Of a stretch of DNA of 64,000 bases, positions 1-9,481 are shown piece after piece (the stretch's first letter is position 1; every line of letters starts with the position of its first letter). The notes beneath the pieces were generated by a model. That model had not been told where the DNA came from and ran no database searches. It saw only the letters and a list, made by a program, of their open reading frames with translations. The translations under genes and the position numbers were made by a program. This DNA comes from Polyangiaceae bacterium (GTDB lineage: Bacteria > Myxococcota_A > Polyangia > Polyangiales > Polyangiaceae), in the NCBI GenBank assembly GCA_965222375.1, contig CBDCTZ010000014.1, forward strand, positions 448,001 through 512,000, read 5' to 3'.

Positions 1-706
1 GGGCCTCCATGTTGCTGTCTGGCCGGATGGACTCGTCGCGCTCGACTTTGAGGGCCGGCCCCTTGCGCTGGGGGATCTCCAGGCCGATGACTTCTCGTTC
101 GAAAGCGCCCGACTCCCAAGCGGCGGCAGCCTTCTTGTGGGAACTCATGGCGAAGCGGTCCTGCTCTTCTCGCGTGATGCCGTGCTTCTTGGCCACGTTC
201 TCGGCGGTCTCTCCCATGCCAATCAAGCCGCCCAGGCGCTTCTCGAGGGCCTTGTTGGGGTAACGCCAGCCCAAGGTGGTGTCGTAGACCTTGGGGGGTG
301 TCCGGGGAAAGCCCTCCTCGGCCTTGGACATGGAGTAGGGGGCGCGAGTCATGCTCTCCACGCCCCCGGCGATGGCGAGATCCGCCTCACCGAGAGTGAT
401 CATGCGTGCGGCGTCGTTGACGGCTTCGAGGCCCGAACCGCACAGGCGATTGACTGTCACCGCGGGTACTTCGTAGGGCAGGCCGGCCAGCAGCGAGGCC
501 ATCCGAGCGACGTTGCGATTGTCCTCCCCAGCTTGATTCGTGGACCCGAAAACCACTTGGTCGATGCGCTCCGCCGCGGCTTCGTTGCGTGCACAGAGCG
601 CGCGCACCACGTGGGCGGCGAGGTCATCCGTGCGAACCTTCGAGAGCCCGCCGCGATACTTGCCGATGGGCGAGCGAAGGGCGTCAATGACGTAAACGGT
701 CTGCAT
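1..706 (-). CDS. Acetyl-CoA C-acyltransferase (thiolase, PcaF/PaaJ-like); 3' end lies outside the window
   Basis: Manual translation from ATG at 706: [21 protein letters not shown]...[21 protein letters not shown]...[13 protein letters not shown]...AGGVESM, the thiolase active-site Cys region. Absent from the ORF track because it runs off the window. Confidence 0.92.
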   Translation of the reverse strand, partial: MQTVYVIDALRSPIGKYRGGLSKVRTDDLAAHVVRALCARNEAAAERIDQVVFGSTNQAGEDNRNVARMASLLAGLPYEVPAVTVNRLCGSGLEAVNDAARMITLGEADLAIAGGVESMTRAPYSMSKAEEGFPRTPPKVYDTTLGWRYPNKALEKRLGGLIGMGETAENVAKKHGITREEQDRFAMSSHKKAAAAWESGAFEREVIGLEIPQRKGPALKVERDESIRPDSNMEA

Positions 707-771
707 GGCTGGAGTCTAACGGAAAACTTGTCCCCGCGCTTTTGGTGAATTTGCGTAGTACAGTTGCGCGC

Positions 772-2187
772 ATGCCGCCGAACCCACCCTGGGATGTGTG
801 GCCGTACCATCGGCCAGGTTCCGCTGTTTCTTTTCCGCGCGATGAAGGCTGGCACCGGCTGTTGCCAGGGCGCATCGCTAACCCAGCGCTCAGTGACATG
901 GAGTGGGTGTATCTGAACTCCCATGTCAAAGAACAAGGCGGTGCCGGGCGAACCTTCATCGTCTTCGCCGCCTACTTCACCCAAGGCTTGCGCTTCTTGG
1001 TGGTGCGGGCCTGGGACGCGCAGGACAAATACTTGGGTGCGTGGACGGGAACGGCCTGGGGGCTATTGCGCCCTTCGCCGGAACATCTCGATCTGACTTT
1101 CAAGCACGGTGGCGGGACGGACACCTGGAAAGCGAAGAGCAGCGCCGGCAACTTGGTCCCCTTCGCTTCGGAGCTGAGCGCCATCGACGATGCTGGCAAG
1201 TTCAAGGTGCAGCTCGCGCTGACGAATACCAAGCGCCCCTACGAGGCAGGTGGGCGCGGTTACTTGCCTTTCGGCAAGCGCGGCGCGTTCTACTACTACT
1301 CGCTCACCCGCCTCGCGGTCGCGGGCAGCTTGGAGTTGGAGAAGCTGGACGGCAGTGGAACCGAAACGGTGAATGTGAGCGGTCACGGTTGGTACGACCA
1401 CCAGTGGGGGCCGTTCTATGTGACCCCGCTGCGCAACAAGCATCGCGAGCAATACGAATGGATGTGCATTCAGCTCGATTCCGGCGACGAAATCCTGCTC
1501 ACCACAGTGTGGGAGGCCGACGGCGAAACGCCTGGATTGCCAGCCTACGGCGGCGCTGGCTTGGTTCGTGCGGATCAGACCTTTGACAAGCTGGTTGGGT
1601 CCCACCGTTGGCAGCGCAAGCGCTTCTGGCGCTCCGGCAAGCAGCACGCCGTGTATTCCGCTGAGTGGACCTTCGACGCCCCGGAGTGGAATACGAGCCT
1701 GGTGATCAAGCCGCGTTACCACGATCAACTCACGCCGCTCATCGACGACCCACCCCCGAACTTCCTCGGGACCGTGAGTCGGCTCTTCGAGGGCTGGGCC
1801 AGTTGGCTCGGCGACTTCTGGGAAGGCAGCTGCCGCGTCACAGGCACCTTCAACGGCCAGCCCGCGACGGGGCTCGCCTTCGCGGAATTGATCAAGCGCT
1901 ACGAAGACCCCCAGTTCCGAATCGAACTCGTCCGCAACGAGCCGAACCTGACAGTCCTGGGTTGGCGCGTACAGAACCCCGACGAACAAGTCCCGCTGCG
2001 CTATCGCTTCTTCCTCGAGAAAGAAGACGGCAGCCCCATCGTGGACAAAGACGGCCTGGACGTCCCCGTGATGGTTCTCGATGATCCTGCGTTGCCCAAG
2101 AACACGCCCCTGGTCGCTCGGGTGGTCGCTTCGAGCATGGACGGAACTTTGTCGGGCGTGGACGCGTTGACGCTGCAACTGCGGTAG
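772..2187 (+). CDS. CrtC/AttH-like (lipocalin-fold hydratase family) protein with a C-terminal beta-sandwich-like extension
   Basis: Motifs FPRDEGWH, EWVYLN, YYYSLTRLAV.G.L, V.G.GWYDHQWG, EWMCIQLD, FWEG.C.V.G...G.AFAEL. Confidence 0.75.
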   Translation: MPPNPPWDVWPYHRPGSAVSFPRDEGWHRLLPGRIANPALSDMEWVYLNSHVKEQGGAGRTFIVFAAYFTQGLRFLVVRAWDAQDKYLGAWTGTAWGLLRPSPEHLDLTFKHGGGTDTWKAKSSAGNLVPFASELSAIDDAGKFKVQLALTNTKRPYEAGGRGYLPFGKRGAFYYYSLTRLAVAGSLELEKLDGSGTETVNVSGHGWYDHQWGPFYVTPLRNKHREQYEWMCIQLDSGDEILLTTVWEADGETPGLPAYGGAGLVRADQTFDKLVGSHRWQRKRFWRSGKQHAVYSAEWTFDAPEWNTSLVIKPRYHDQLTPLIDDPPPNFLGTVSRLFEGWASWLGDFWEGSCRVTGTFNGQPATGLAFAELIKRYEDPQFRIELVRNEPNLTVLGWRVQNPDEQVPLRYRFFLEKEDGSPIVDKDGLDVPVMVLDDPALPKNTPLVARVVASSMDGTLSGVDALTLQLR

Positions 2188-2260
2188 TTGCGGGTCACGC
2201 CATCTTGGGTGCCCTGCGCCGCGCGCGGCGCGCTGCCAGGTCCCCGTTTCCGCTTGCGGG

Positions 2261-2812
2261 CTAGTCGTAGTCGTAGCCGTCGTCGCCGCCCTTGGCCCCG
2301 TATAGCAGGACCGTCATGGGTACGAGCACCAGGGCACTGCCCACGGCCCAGTAGAAGCCCATGCCGAGGATTGCTGGGGCGTAGAAGGCAGATACGGACA
2401 CCGCGCCCCAGCGAACGACCTTGGCGCGACGCTTCTTGTCCGCGTCGGGCGTGGCGGGATTGAACTGCGTGAACACCACGCCTGCCAAGCCGCACACGGC
2501 GCCGGCGGCGGTCACCAGGACGCGGAAGCCGAGTTCTTCGTACATGTGCGCGAAGGACTGCTTCGCAACAACCTCGTGCATGACGACCCACACGGCCACA
2601 CCGACGAGGTACAGCACCAGGTTCATCATCGTCCGCTGTACGAGTTGCTTGCGTCGCTCTCCCTCGACCTCCCAGTTGGGGATGCGAAAAAACGGAGCGC
2701 CGGGCTTGTACAGACGAAGCGCAGTCACTGCTATAGGCAGCGCCATCCAGGTCAGCATCAGCCCCAGGCTCATGAGCAGTTCGGTGGAGTCAGTGGGGAG
2801 TATCTCTTGCAT
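2261..2812 (-). CDS. Multi-pass membrane protein of unknown function
   Basis: About 4-5 hydrophobic segments. Start placed at MQEILP because the upstream part of the track ORF overlaps the next gene. Confidence 0.65.
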   Translation of the reverse strand: MQEILPTDSTELLMSLGLMLTWMALPIAVTALRLYKPGAPFFRIPNWEVEGERRKQLVQRTMMNLVLYLVGVAVWVVMHEVVAKQSFAHMYEELGFRVLVTAAGAVCGLAGVVFTQFNPATPDADKKRRAKVVRWGAVSVSAFYAPAILGMGFYWAVGSALVLVPMTVLLYGAKGGDDGYDYD

Positions 2813-2829
2813 CGCGGCTCTCGGAGAGG

Positions 2830-3279
2830 TCAGGACAGCAGGATGCCCACTAGCCAGAGCAGGAAGAAGCCGCCAATCAGGAGGAAGGCGATGGCGACGC
2901 AGCCGATGTTCACCATCAAGGCGCGGTTGTTTTTCGGTGGCGGCCCGGGCTGGGTGCCGCTGAGCCATGCGCTGCGGTGGTTTTCCAGGTGGGCTAGAAA
3001 CTGGTCTAGCGTGCTGTCCATGAACCCGAATGGGTCCGCGAGGGCCAGAATGCTCGCCTCGTAGCGCAGCGTAGACCGACCTTCGCCCGCGCCGAATATC
3101 GTGATCGTCATCTCCATGGGGTTGGTCCAGCCAAAGCCTTTGGAGAACTTGAGCGTGCCGCTGTGGGGTTCGTCCCGAAGACAGCGCCAGCTCGGGATCT
3201 GATAGCCCGAGGCTCGGGCCAGCGCGAAGGCATGCTCCGGCGCGGCGTCCATCACGATTTCGCGCTGGCGACTCGCCAC
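2830..3279 (-). CDS. Hypothetical protein with C-terminal transmembrane helix
   Basis: 149-aa ORF abutting the NUDIX gene; hydrophobic C-terminus. Confidence 0.65.
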   Translation of the reverse strand: MASRQREIVMDAAPEHAFALARASGYQIPSWRCLRDEPHSGTLKFSKGFGWTNPMEMTITIFGAGEGRSTLRYEASILALADPFGFMDSTLDQFLAHLENHRSAWLSGTQPGPPPKNNRALMVNIGCVAIAFLLIGGFFLLWLVGILLS

Positions 3280-3810
3280 TTAGCTGAAGGCCTCGAGTAG
3301 GCCAGCGGGCGCCGGCTTGGGGATCTCAATGTCGAGCTCGTGGTCGAGCATCTGGTCCCCGTCGAAGATGAACCGCCCGCGAAAGAGATTCCAGGCGAGC
3401 AGGTGCGGGAACCACAGTCGGTCATCGGCCCACATCTCGTCGAAGGGCACCTGGTCTACGGGAGACCACATGGGAATGGCCTCGTCGGTCTCTCGAGGCT
3501 GCCCGATGTGATCTTCCGCCCGGAACACGGCGCAGAACAAGCTGTAGCCATCGGTGAACTGAAAAGACAGCTCGCCCAAGCGAGTGACGTCCCGAGGCGT
3601 GACGCACAGCTCTTCCTGAACTTCACGGATGGCGGCTGCGCGTTCGGTCTCCCCCGGCGATAGACGCCCGCCTGGGCCGTTGATCTTGCCGGCGCCCAAG
3701 CCGCGCTTCTTGCGGATCAGCAGGACCTGTCCGTCGCGGATCACGAACAGGAGCGTCGCGTGATCCTTGGCAACCCAGCCGTCCCATTCGACATCGGTGA
3801 GCTTTCGCAC
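3280..3810 (-). CDS. NUDIX hydrolase (8-oxo-dGTP diphosphatase, MTH1-like)
   Basis: [19 protein letters not shown], Nudix box [30 protein letters not shown]. Start uncertain (3810 GTG or 3867 ATG). Confidence 0.88.
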   Translation of the reverse strand: MRKLTDVEWDGWVAKDHATLLFVIRDGQVLLIRKKRGLGAGKINGPGGRLSPGETERAAAIREVQEELCVTPRDVTRLGELSFQFTDGYSLFCAVFRAEDHIGQPRETDEAIPMWSPVDQVPFDEMWADDRLWFPHLLAWNLFRGRFIFDGDQMLDHELDIEIPKPAPAGLLEAFS

Positions 3811-3899
3811 AGCCGCGGTTTCATACACCAGCGCAGTCGAGGTCGAAAGTGCTCGCTCCCCCAGCATTCGCATTGACCGGGCGAGCCACGACGGCAAAC

Positions 3900-5516
3900 A
3901 TGCCGGCCGTGGCAAAGAAGCGAGTTCTGATTCTGGGTGGTGGGCTTTCGGCGCTATCGGCGGGCATTCACTTGCTGCAGGAAGGCGGCGCGCAGAAGTT
4001 CGACGTCAAGATTGTGTGCATGGAGCACCGGCTAGGCGGCAAGGCCGCCAGTTGGCGCCTGCCAGACGGCCGCTACATGGAGATCGGTTTCCACGCGGTC
4101 TTCGGTTACTACCGCGCGATCCAACAACTTCTGGCTCGCGCAGGGCACCCAGTCACCAATCCTCAGTACTTCACTGAAAACGACGGCGTGCATCTGATGT
4201 ACGAGCGAAGCGCCCGAGCCGTCAATCGCCTCGACATTCCGTCGGGCCCCTTGGATGTGCCGGCGCTCTACGACAATGGCTTCGTCGGCTACGAAGGCAT
4301 GAGCTTCTTCGAAAAGGTGGCGGCGGCAAAATGGATGGCCAGCATTGGCGCCAAGCTGTTGTTCCAGCAAGTGGATCCGAAGATCGACGAGCACGCCTTC
4401 ACGGCCTACTGCGTGGAGACGGGGCTGGACATCGAACTCACGAAGAAGAGCTGGTTTCGCTACGTGCTCGACCTGGCTTTCAACTACCCCGCGCCTGGAT
4501 CTGCCTACGTTGGCCTGTACGGTTTCCAGCGGCTAATCGGACCCGACAACAGCACCGTGCACTATCTGAACGGCGGCCTTTCGGACATCATCATTCGCCC
4601 GATAACGAAGCTCTACTTGCAGCTAGGCGGCAGCCTCGAATTCTGTACCAAAGTCACGAAAATCAAGCTGGATCCGAGTAACAAACGCGTGGCGGAGCTG
4701 GCCACGAAAACCATGGCCAACGCCGCTCCCATCGCCGGTGAGCCCGATCACGTCACGCCAACGCCCATCGGTGGCAGCTACTCCCTGGACGAATACCCCG
4801 TTGGGGATCCCGCGCCCGCGGCTGGTGCGGCCGAGCAGGTGCGCGTGCTCGGCACGGACTTCGACCACGTGCTGTGCACGCTGCCCGTCGACAGCCTGCG
4901 CTCGCTGCTGCGCACGACTCCGGATTTCGAACGCGCCGTGCTGGAAGTGCCGGCCTTGCGAGGCGCCTTCAAGCTGCGCAGCGTCGCATCGCTGTCTCTG
5001 CGGGTTTGGTTCCCGCAGTCGGTGATGCCCTCGGACTACACGACCGTGGTGATGGGTGCGCCGCAGCCGGCGGCGACCATCATCGACTACAAGAATCGCG
5101 TCACGGAGCTGACTCAATCAAACTGGGGCTCAGTGGTCGAGTTCGAAGGCCAAGAAGGGCTGCATGGGGATTTCACGGATCGCGAAATCATCGCGGAGGT
5201 GCTGCACAAGTTCGAAGACCTGCCCTTCGTGGACAGCACCAAGGTCAATGTGGACGATGTCTTGAACCAAGCCGCAGGTCACAAGTGGGACTTCCGGCGC
5301 AATACGGCGCATCACATGCGCTACCTGCTGATGGAGCCCGGGCATTGGAAGTACCGCCCGGTGCAAACCGACCGTTTCTACGAAAACCTCACCCTGGCCG
5401 GGGACTGGATGAACAGCACGCAGCCTACGGCCAGCATGGAGGCCGCGACCCGCACCGGGCGCGTTGCCGCGAACACCTTGCGGGGCCTCGAGGGGCTGCC
5501 CGACGCCATCGAATGA
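3900..5516 (+). CDS. FAD-dependent oxidoreductase (amine oxidase / carotenoid desaturase HpnE-ZDS-like)
   Basis: ILGGGLSALSAG Rossmann motif, RLGGKAASW, EIGFHAVFGYY, C-terminal NLTLAGDW...ASMEAATRTGRVAAN. Confidence 0.85.
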   Translation: MPAVAKKRVLILGGGLSALSAGIHLLQEGGAQKFDVKIVCMEHRLGGKAASWRLPDGRYMEIGFHAVFGYYRAIQQLLARAGHPVTNPQYFTENDGVHLMYERSARAVNRLDIPSGPLDVPALYDNGFVGYEGMSFFEKVAAAKWMASIGAKLLFQQVDPKIDEHAFTAYCVETGLDIELTKKSWFRYVLDLAFNYPAPGSAYVGLYGFQRLIGPDNSTVHYLNGGLSDIIIRPITKLYLQLGGSLEFCTKVTKIKLDPSNKRVAELATKTMANAAPIAGEPDHVTPTPIGGSYSLDEYPVGDPAPAAGAAEQVRVLGTDFDHVLCTLPVDSLRSLLRTTPDFERAVLEVPALRGAFKLRSVASLSLRVWFPQSVMPSDYTTVVMGAPQPAATIIDYKNRVTELTQSNWGSVVEFEGQEGLHGDFTDREIIAEVLHKFEDLPFVDSTKVNVDDVLNQAAGHKWDFRRNTAHHMRYLLMEPGHWKYRPVQTDRFYENLTLAGDWMNSTQPTASMEAATRTGRVAANTLRGLEGLPDAIE

Positions 5517-6011
5517 TCAGGGATTCTTGGTCATCTTGAACGTGACGGTGATGCTGGTGCGCTCGGCTTTGGCGTCGACTTCGAATTTCGCTTCGGCCGC
5601 CGCGTTGTGGAAACACGGGTTGATGGTTTTGGCGCCCATGCCCGCATGAGAAGCGGAGACGCTCTTGCGCTCGCCCTTCACGAATAGGTAGCTGACAAGG
5701 ACACGCCCCTCGAGATCCGCAACGGTTTTGAGGGTTTCGGCGTAGCAGGCCTCGAAAGCCTTGGCCTGCTCAGCCAAGGCTTTCCGGATCGCCTCCTCTT
5801 CGGCTCCGCCTCCATTGATTTCGACCTTGGGCACGCTCACGTGACTGAGCTTCATCGGTTCCTGCTCGGGCTCGGGCTCGGCTTCGGGCTCCGCGGCGAC
5901 TGGAGCAGTGGCCGGTTCCGGGGCCGCGGGCTCCGGGGCTTGGGGTTCAGCGGCAGGGGCGCCGCCGCATGCGGCCAGGAAAAGCGTCAGCAGGATGGGA
6001 CGGTAGGTCAT
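5517..6011 (-). CDS. Lipoprotein with AgmX/PglI C-terminal-like domain
   Basis: Lipobox LAAC, Pro/Glu linker, FEACYAETLK...LEGRVLV...CF pattern. Confidence 0.65.
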   Translation of the reverse strand: MTYRPILLTLFLAACGGAPAAEPQAPEPAAPEPATAPVAAEPEAEPEPEQEPMKLSHVSVPKVEINGGGAEEEAIRKALAEQAKAFEACYAETLKTVADLEGRVLVSYLFVKGERKSVSASHAGMGAKTINPCFHNAAAEAKFEVDAKAERTSITVTFKMTKNP

Positions 6012-6052
6012 GGGGCGGAGTGTACACGTCTCCACTCAGCGCAGAGGACGGT

Positions 6053-8116
6053 TTAGTCTCGCCAACCGCCTCGTGCCGGTGCCCAGTGCAAGTTGCCCCG
6101 CTCGAAGCTCTGGGATTCGGGCTGCGTGGGATCTGCCGGAACGGTCGCAGCCGACAAGGGGTAGCCGAGCTCGGCGAGCCCACCGAGCTGTTCGAAGAGC
6201 GCGAACAAGTTCGAATGCACCGCATGGGCGCCGAACTGTGGGTGCGACAGGATCACACCCCGCGTGCAAACGAGCTGCTGCGCTGCGCCGTCGGGTGTCT
6301 TTTCGACTTCTGCGAGGGGGACTCCTACCGGAGCCCGAGTCGCGCCGGCCTGCTCCCAGCAAGCGACCGCGGGCTGCTCTTGGAATAGCGCCAAAGGGGG
6401 CTCTCGGGGAGCGTCGCGAGGCGGGCTCCAACCTAGTAGCGCCCCTCCCTCGAAACGCACCACACGCCCGCTCCGGTCGCCTTCTTTCAATTCGACCGCT
6501 GCGGAGATCGGCATCCCCAATTTGCCGCCCTTGCCCCCTTCTTCCCGCCAACGTGTGGCGAACGCGGCTGGCAACTTGGAAACGAAGTCCGCGTTGCTTG
6601 CGACCGGCGGCGAGGCGTCGGTTGGCGCAATTGGAACGGGCGAAGGGTGCGGTGGTGCAAGTCCGCCACCGGGAGACAGCGGCCCCGCGACGGGCGGCGC
6701 CCCGATTGGTGGAGCGACGACGGGAGGCACGACAGGAGGAATGACGCCGGCCGGGCTCGGAGGCACGACAGGAGGAATGACGCCGGCCGGGCTCGGAGGC
6801 ACGACAGGAGGAATGACGCCGGTCGGGCTCGGAGGCACGACAGGAGGAATGACGCCGGCCGGGCTCGGAGGCACGATCGGCGGCGTCACCACCGGCGGCG
6901 GTGGTTGCGGCGGGGGGCTTGGCGCATCGGCTCCGACGGCCACCGGGGCCATTGGCGCGGGGGCCGTCGCGCTCGGAGCTGGATCCCAAGGCATGGCTGC
7001 GGCCGCCGGGGGAGGCGGCCCTTGACCACGCAGCAACGCGAGAATGGCCTCACTGCGGTCTTCGCCCAAGTAGGCACCGCGATCGCGGCCCTGCAAGCGC
7101 TTGGCAACACCCGGCGTGAGGCCAGCAAACAGGCCGCCGGCGAGCCCCGCCAACAAGCCGCTGCCCGTGAGCGCACGCACCGCGGTACTCGCGCCCACGC
7201 CGGCCACGGTGCCGGCCACTCGGGTCGTCGCCGACGCCGCCTTGTTTGGGGGCGCGTGGGGCAGCTCGCTCAAGTTGGTTCCGCCATGCTCGGTGGGATC
7301 GAAGTTGTCCCGCGTGGTAGTGCGAAAGGCCCAACAGCTGCTGGTCCACTGTCGATTCAGCACGTAGTCGTAGGGCATGTATACGTAGCCCGCGTCGCCC
7401 CAATCATCCCCCCAAGAGTTGCGAACGATGAAGACCCGGCGCGCATCGTCGTAGCCCGCCAGGAGCAGGGCGTGGCGTCCGTGGCGAGCGTCGAGCGCGC
7501 CTTGGGGCATGCCGCACATACCGTTGCGCGGTGTCTTCACGAAGGACTCGGTGACGCGGGTGCCGAAGATGACCGGAAAGCCCGAGGCCAGACAGGCGCG
7601 TAGCGCGTCTCCGTCGACGGGCAGCGACCACCAATCCGTCGCGCGGTATTCTGCAGCTTCTCGGAACACGGGCTCCGGAGGTTGGACTGCAAACAGGTTG
7701 CGGTCGTAGGGCCAGTTCCGCTCCGTTGGCACACCCGCGCGGTGCAAGACCCGGATGCCGCTGGCGATGGAGGCGCCACTGTCTTCGCGTATCCGGTCGT
7801 CCCAGAGCCGTTGGTTGAAATAGACGAACAACCGGGACAGGTCGACGCTGCGCCCGGTTTCCCGGCGCACTAGATATTCCAACGCCCCCACGACGGCGTT
7901 GCTCGTGCAGCTGCCCAGGCTGCCCTGTTCTTCCACCCGCGTCATCCAGGAGCGAAGGTCCACCGCACTCGGAAGCTGACTGAGGGGTGACCGGAAGGGG
8001 CGGCGTTCGACGTCGTCATCATCGTCGTCACGACAGGCGCCCAGCGCGATCTGGCGGCCCAGATAGGAACCGACGCGGATCCCGACGAGTTGGCCTAGGC
8101 GTGAGCTACCGAGCAT
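6053..8116 (-). CDS. Papain-family (C1) cysteine protease with Pro-rich repeats and C-terminal LGFP-like repeats
   Basis: LPSAVDLR, QGSLGSCTSNA (catalytic Cys), HALLLAGY (His), VRNSWG (Asn); C-terminal GG..GKLGMPIS and LGG...LGYPLS...QSFERG.L.W. Confidence 0.85.
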   Translation of the reverse strand: MLGSSRLGQLVGIRVGSYLGRQIALGACRDDDDDDVERRPFRSPLSQLPSAVDLRSWMTRVEEQGSLGSCTSNAVVGALEYLVRRETGRSVDLSRLFVYFNQRLWDDRIREDSGASIASGIRVLHRAGVPTERNWPYDRNLFAVQPPEPVFREAAEYRATDWWSLPVDGDALRACLASGFPVIFGTRVTESFVKTPRNGMCGMPQGALDARHGRHALLLAGYDDARRVFIVRNSWGDDWGDAGYVYMPYDYVLNRQWTSSCWAFRTTTRDNFDPTEHGGTNLSELPHAPPNKAASATTRVAGTVAGVGASTAVRALTGSGLLAGLAGGLFAGLTPGVAKRLQGRDRGAYLGEDRSEAILALLRGQGPPPPAAAAMPWDPAPSATAPAPMAPVAVGADAPSPPPQPPPPVVTPPIVPPSPAGVIPPVVPPSPTGVIPPVVPPSPAGVIPPVVPPSPAGVIPPVVPPVVAPPIGAPPVAGPLSPGGGLAPPHPSPVPIAPTDASPPVASNADFVSKLPAAFATRWREEGGKGGKLGMPISAAVELKEGDRSGRVVRFEGGALLGWSPPRDAPREPPLALFQEQPAVACWEQAGATRAPVGVPLAEVEKTPDGAAQQLVCTRGVILSHPQFGAHAVHSNLFALFEQLGGLAELGYPLSAATVPADPTQPESQSFERGNLHWAPARGGWRD
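6723..6876. repeat. 36-bp coding tandem repeat (4 full units plus a partial unit) encoding PPSPAGVIPPVV
   Basis: Unit ggaggcacgacaggaggaatgacgccggccgggctc at 6723, 6759, 6795 (one substitution) and 6831. Confidence 0.95.
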
Positions 8117-8334
8117 GCATCCGTCCGACGCGCGAGCATAACACCAAGGGGTGGTTGCGCCGCGCAGACGGGCCGTCGAAGCCCGTGGCAGCGCGACTCA
8201 GCTCTGGCCGCCTGATGTTGCCGCGGTGGCTGGCTCGATTGGGCTGCGTGCTGAAGCCACCGGCAAGGACCACAGTGCGCTGCTGTCCCGTTGGGCGAAG
8301 CGCTTCGAAAATGCGCCATCGATGGTAGCGGCTA

Positions 8335-8520
8335 AATCGCCTGGCTGCCTTCGACGCGCAGAGCGGCAGAGTGCTGCCGTGGGGTCCCGGCGCGGACGGC
8401 GAAGTGTGCGCTATCGCACTCTCCCCAGATGGCCAGTTCGTCTATGTCGGAGGTCAGTTCGGCAAGGTCGCCGGAGCCGCCCCGGAAGAACTTTGCCAAA
8501 GTGAACGCCACGACCGGCGC
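8335..8520 (+). pseudogene. Remnant of a beta-propeller repeat protein gene
   Basis: NRLAAFDAQSGRVLPWGPGADGEVCAIALSPDGQFVYVGGQFGKVAGAA, then a frameshift into RKNFAKVNATTGA. No start codon; in-frame stop at 8326. Confidence 0.6.
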
Positions 8521-8530
8521 TCGGGGCCGA

Positions 8531-9313
8531 CTAGCCGCTCCACTTGAACGAAAGGCCCATGAAAGTTACCTTCGTCTCTTTGGTGTTGGGAGCCGTTCCG
8601 CAGTAGCCGCTCGCGGCTAGCCAGATGTTGGCGCTGCCAGGCCCGCCCACATTGACTACGTCGAAGTGATAGCCGACATCCTGGGCGACGCCGTTGATGC
8701 CGCTCGCAGTCCCTGCCGGTTTCGCCTCGTAGAGTTCGCCGCTCGAACCCGAGCCGGGCCAGGTGTACTCCGCGCTGGAAAAGCCGGCGTCGAGGGACAG
8801 GGAGCAGGTCGCGGCGGCGGCGAGCTGGTTGAACCGCACCCAGAAGTACGCAAGTCCGCTACTGTCACACCAGGCTTCCCACAGCCCGCCGTTGCTCGTT
8901 GCCAACGAGCATTGCTGGGGAAAGCTGGGATGGATGCTGCCGATCGTGGGCGTCGTCTGACACGCGGCGGTGGCCTCCTGAGCCGTGAAGGTTCCGGAAC
9001 CGCACTTCGAGCTGCCCGCGGGTGGCTGTGGCGCTTCGATACCGTTAAAGCTCGCGGAGCCGCCGCTCCCACTGCCTCCCGCGGCGCCGCTGCTGCCCGC
9101 GGCGCCGCCACTCCCAGCCGTCCCGCTACTTCCCGACGTTCCGGCGCTGCCTCCGGCGGCTGTGCCACCCGACGCTGCGCCGCCGCTACCGCTGGCCGCG
9201 CCCGAGCCACCCACACCACTGCCGCCTGCGCCTGCCCCGCCGCTCCCGTCGTTGCTTGAACTACCGCAACCCCAAGTGAGCAGCGCCACGCAGCCAATGC
9301 ACAAAACCCGCAT
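8531..9313 (-). CDS. Gly/Ser-rich-linker lipoprotein of unknown function
   Basis: MRVLCIGCVALLTWGC lipobox, long G/S/A linker, Cys-containing C-terminal domain. Confidence 0.75.
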   Translation of the reverse strand: MRVLCIGCVALLTWGCGSSSNDGSGGAGAGGSGVGGSGAASGSGGAASGGTAAGGSAGTSGSSGTAGSGGAAGSSGAAGGSGSGGSASFNGIEAPQPPAGSSKCGSGTFTAQEATAACQTTPTIGSIHPSFPQQCSLATSNGGLWEAWCDSSGLAYFWVRFNQLAAAATCSLSLDAGFSSAEYTWPGSGSSGELYEAKPAGTASGINGVAQDVGYHFDVVNVGGPGSANIWLAASGYCGTAPNTKETKVTFMGLSFKWSG

Positions 9314-9481
9314 GGCCGCATGGGATGCGCACGCTGGCAGCCGCATTCATGACCACATCCGATACTTTCACTCTGCCCAATGAGTGGTGGGGCCGTGGCC
9401 GCCGAAAACCGTCGGAGCAACACTTGCGCGATCGTCGCTCGGTTGACGTCAGAGCGGGCCGCTCCTGCTCTGCCTACGCCG

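Noticed and set aside
6723..6876. 36-bp repeats as a CRISPR array
   Set aside because: Units are contiguous with no spacers, lie in frame in a CDS, and no cas genes are in the window.
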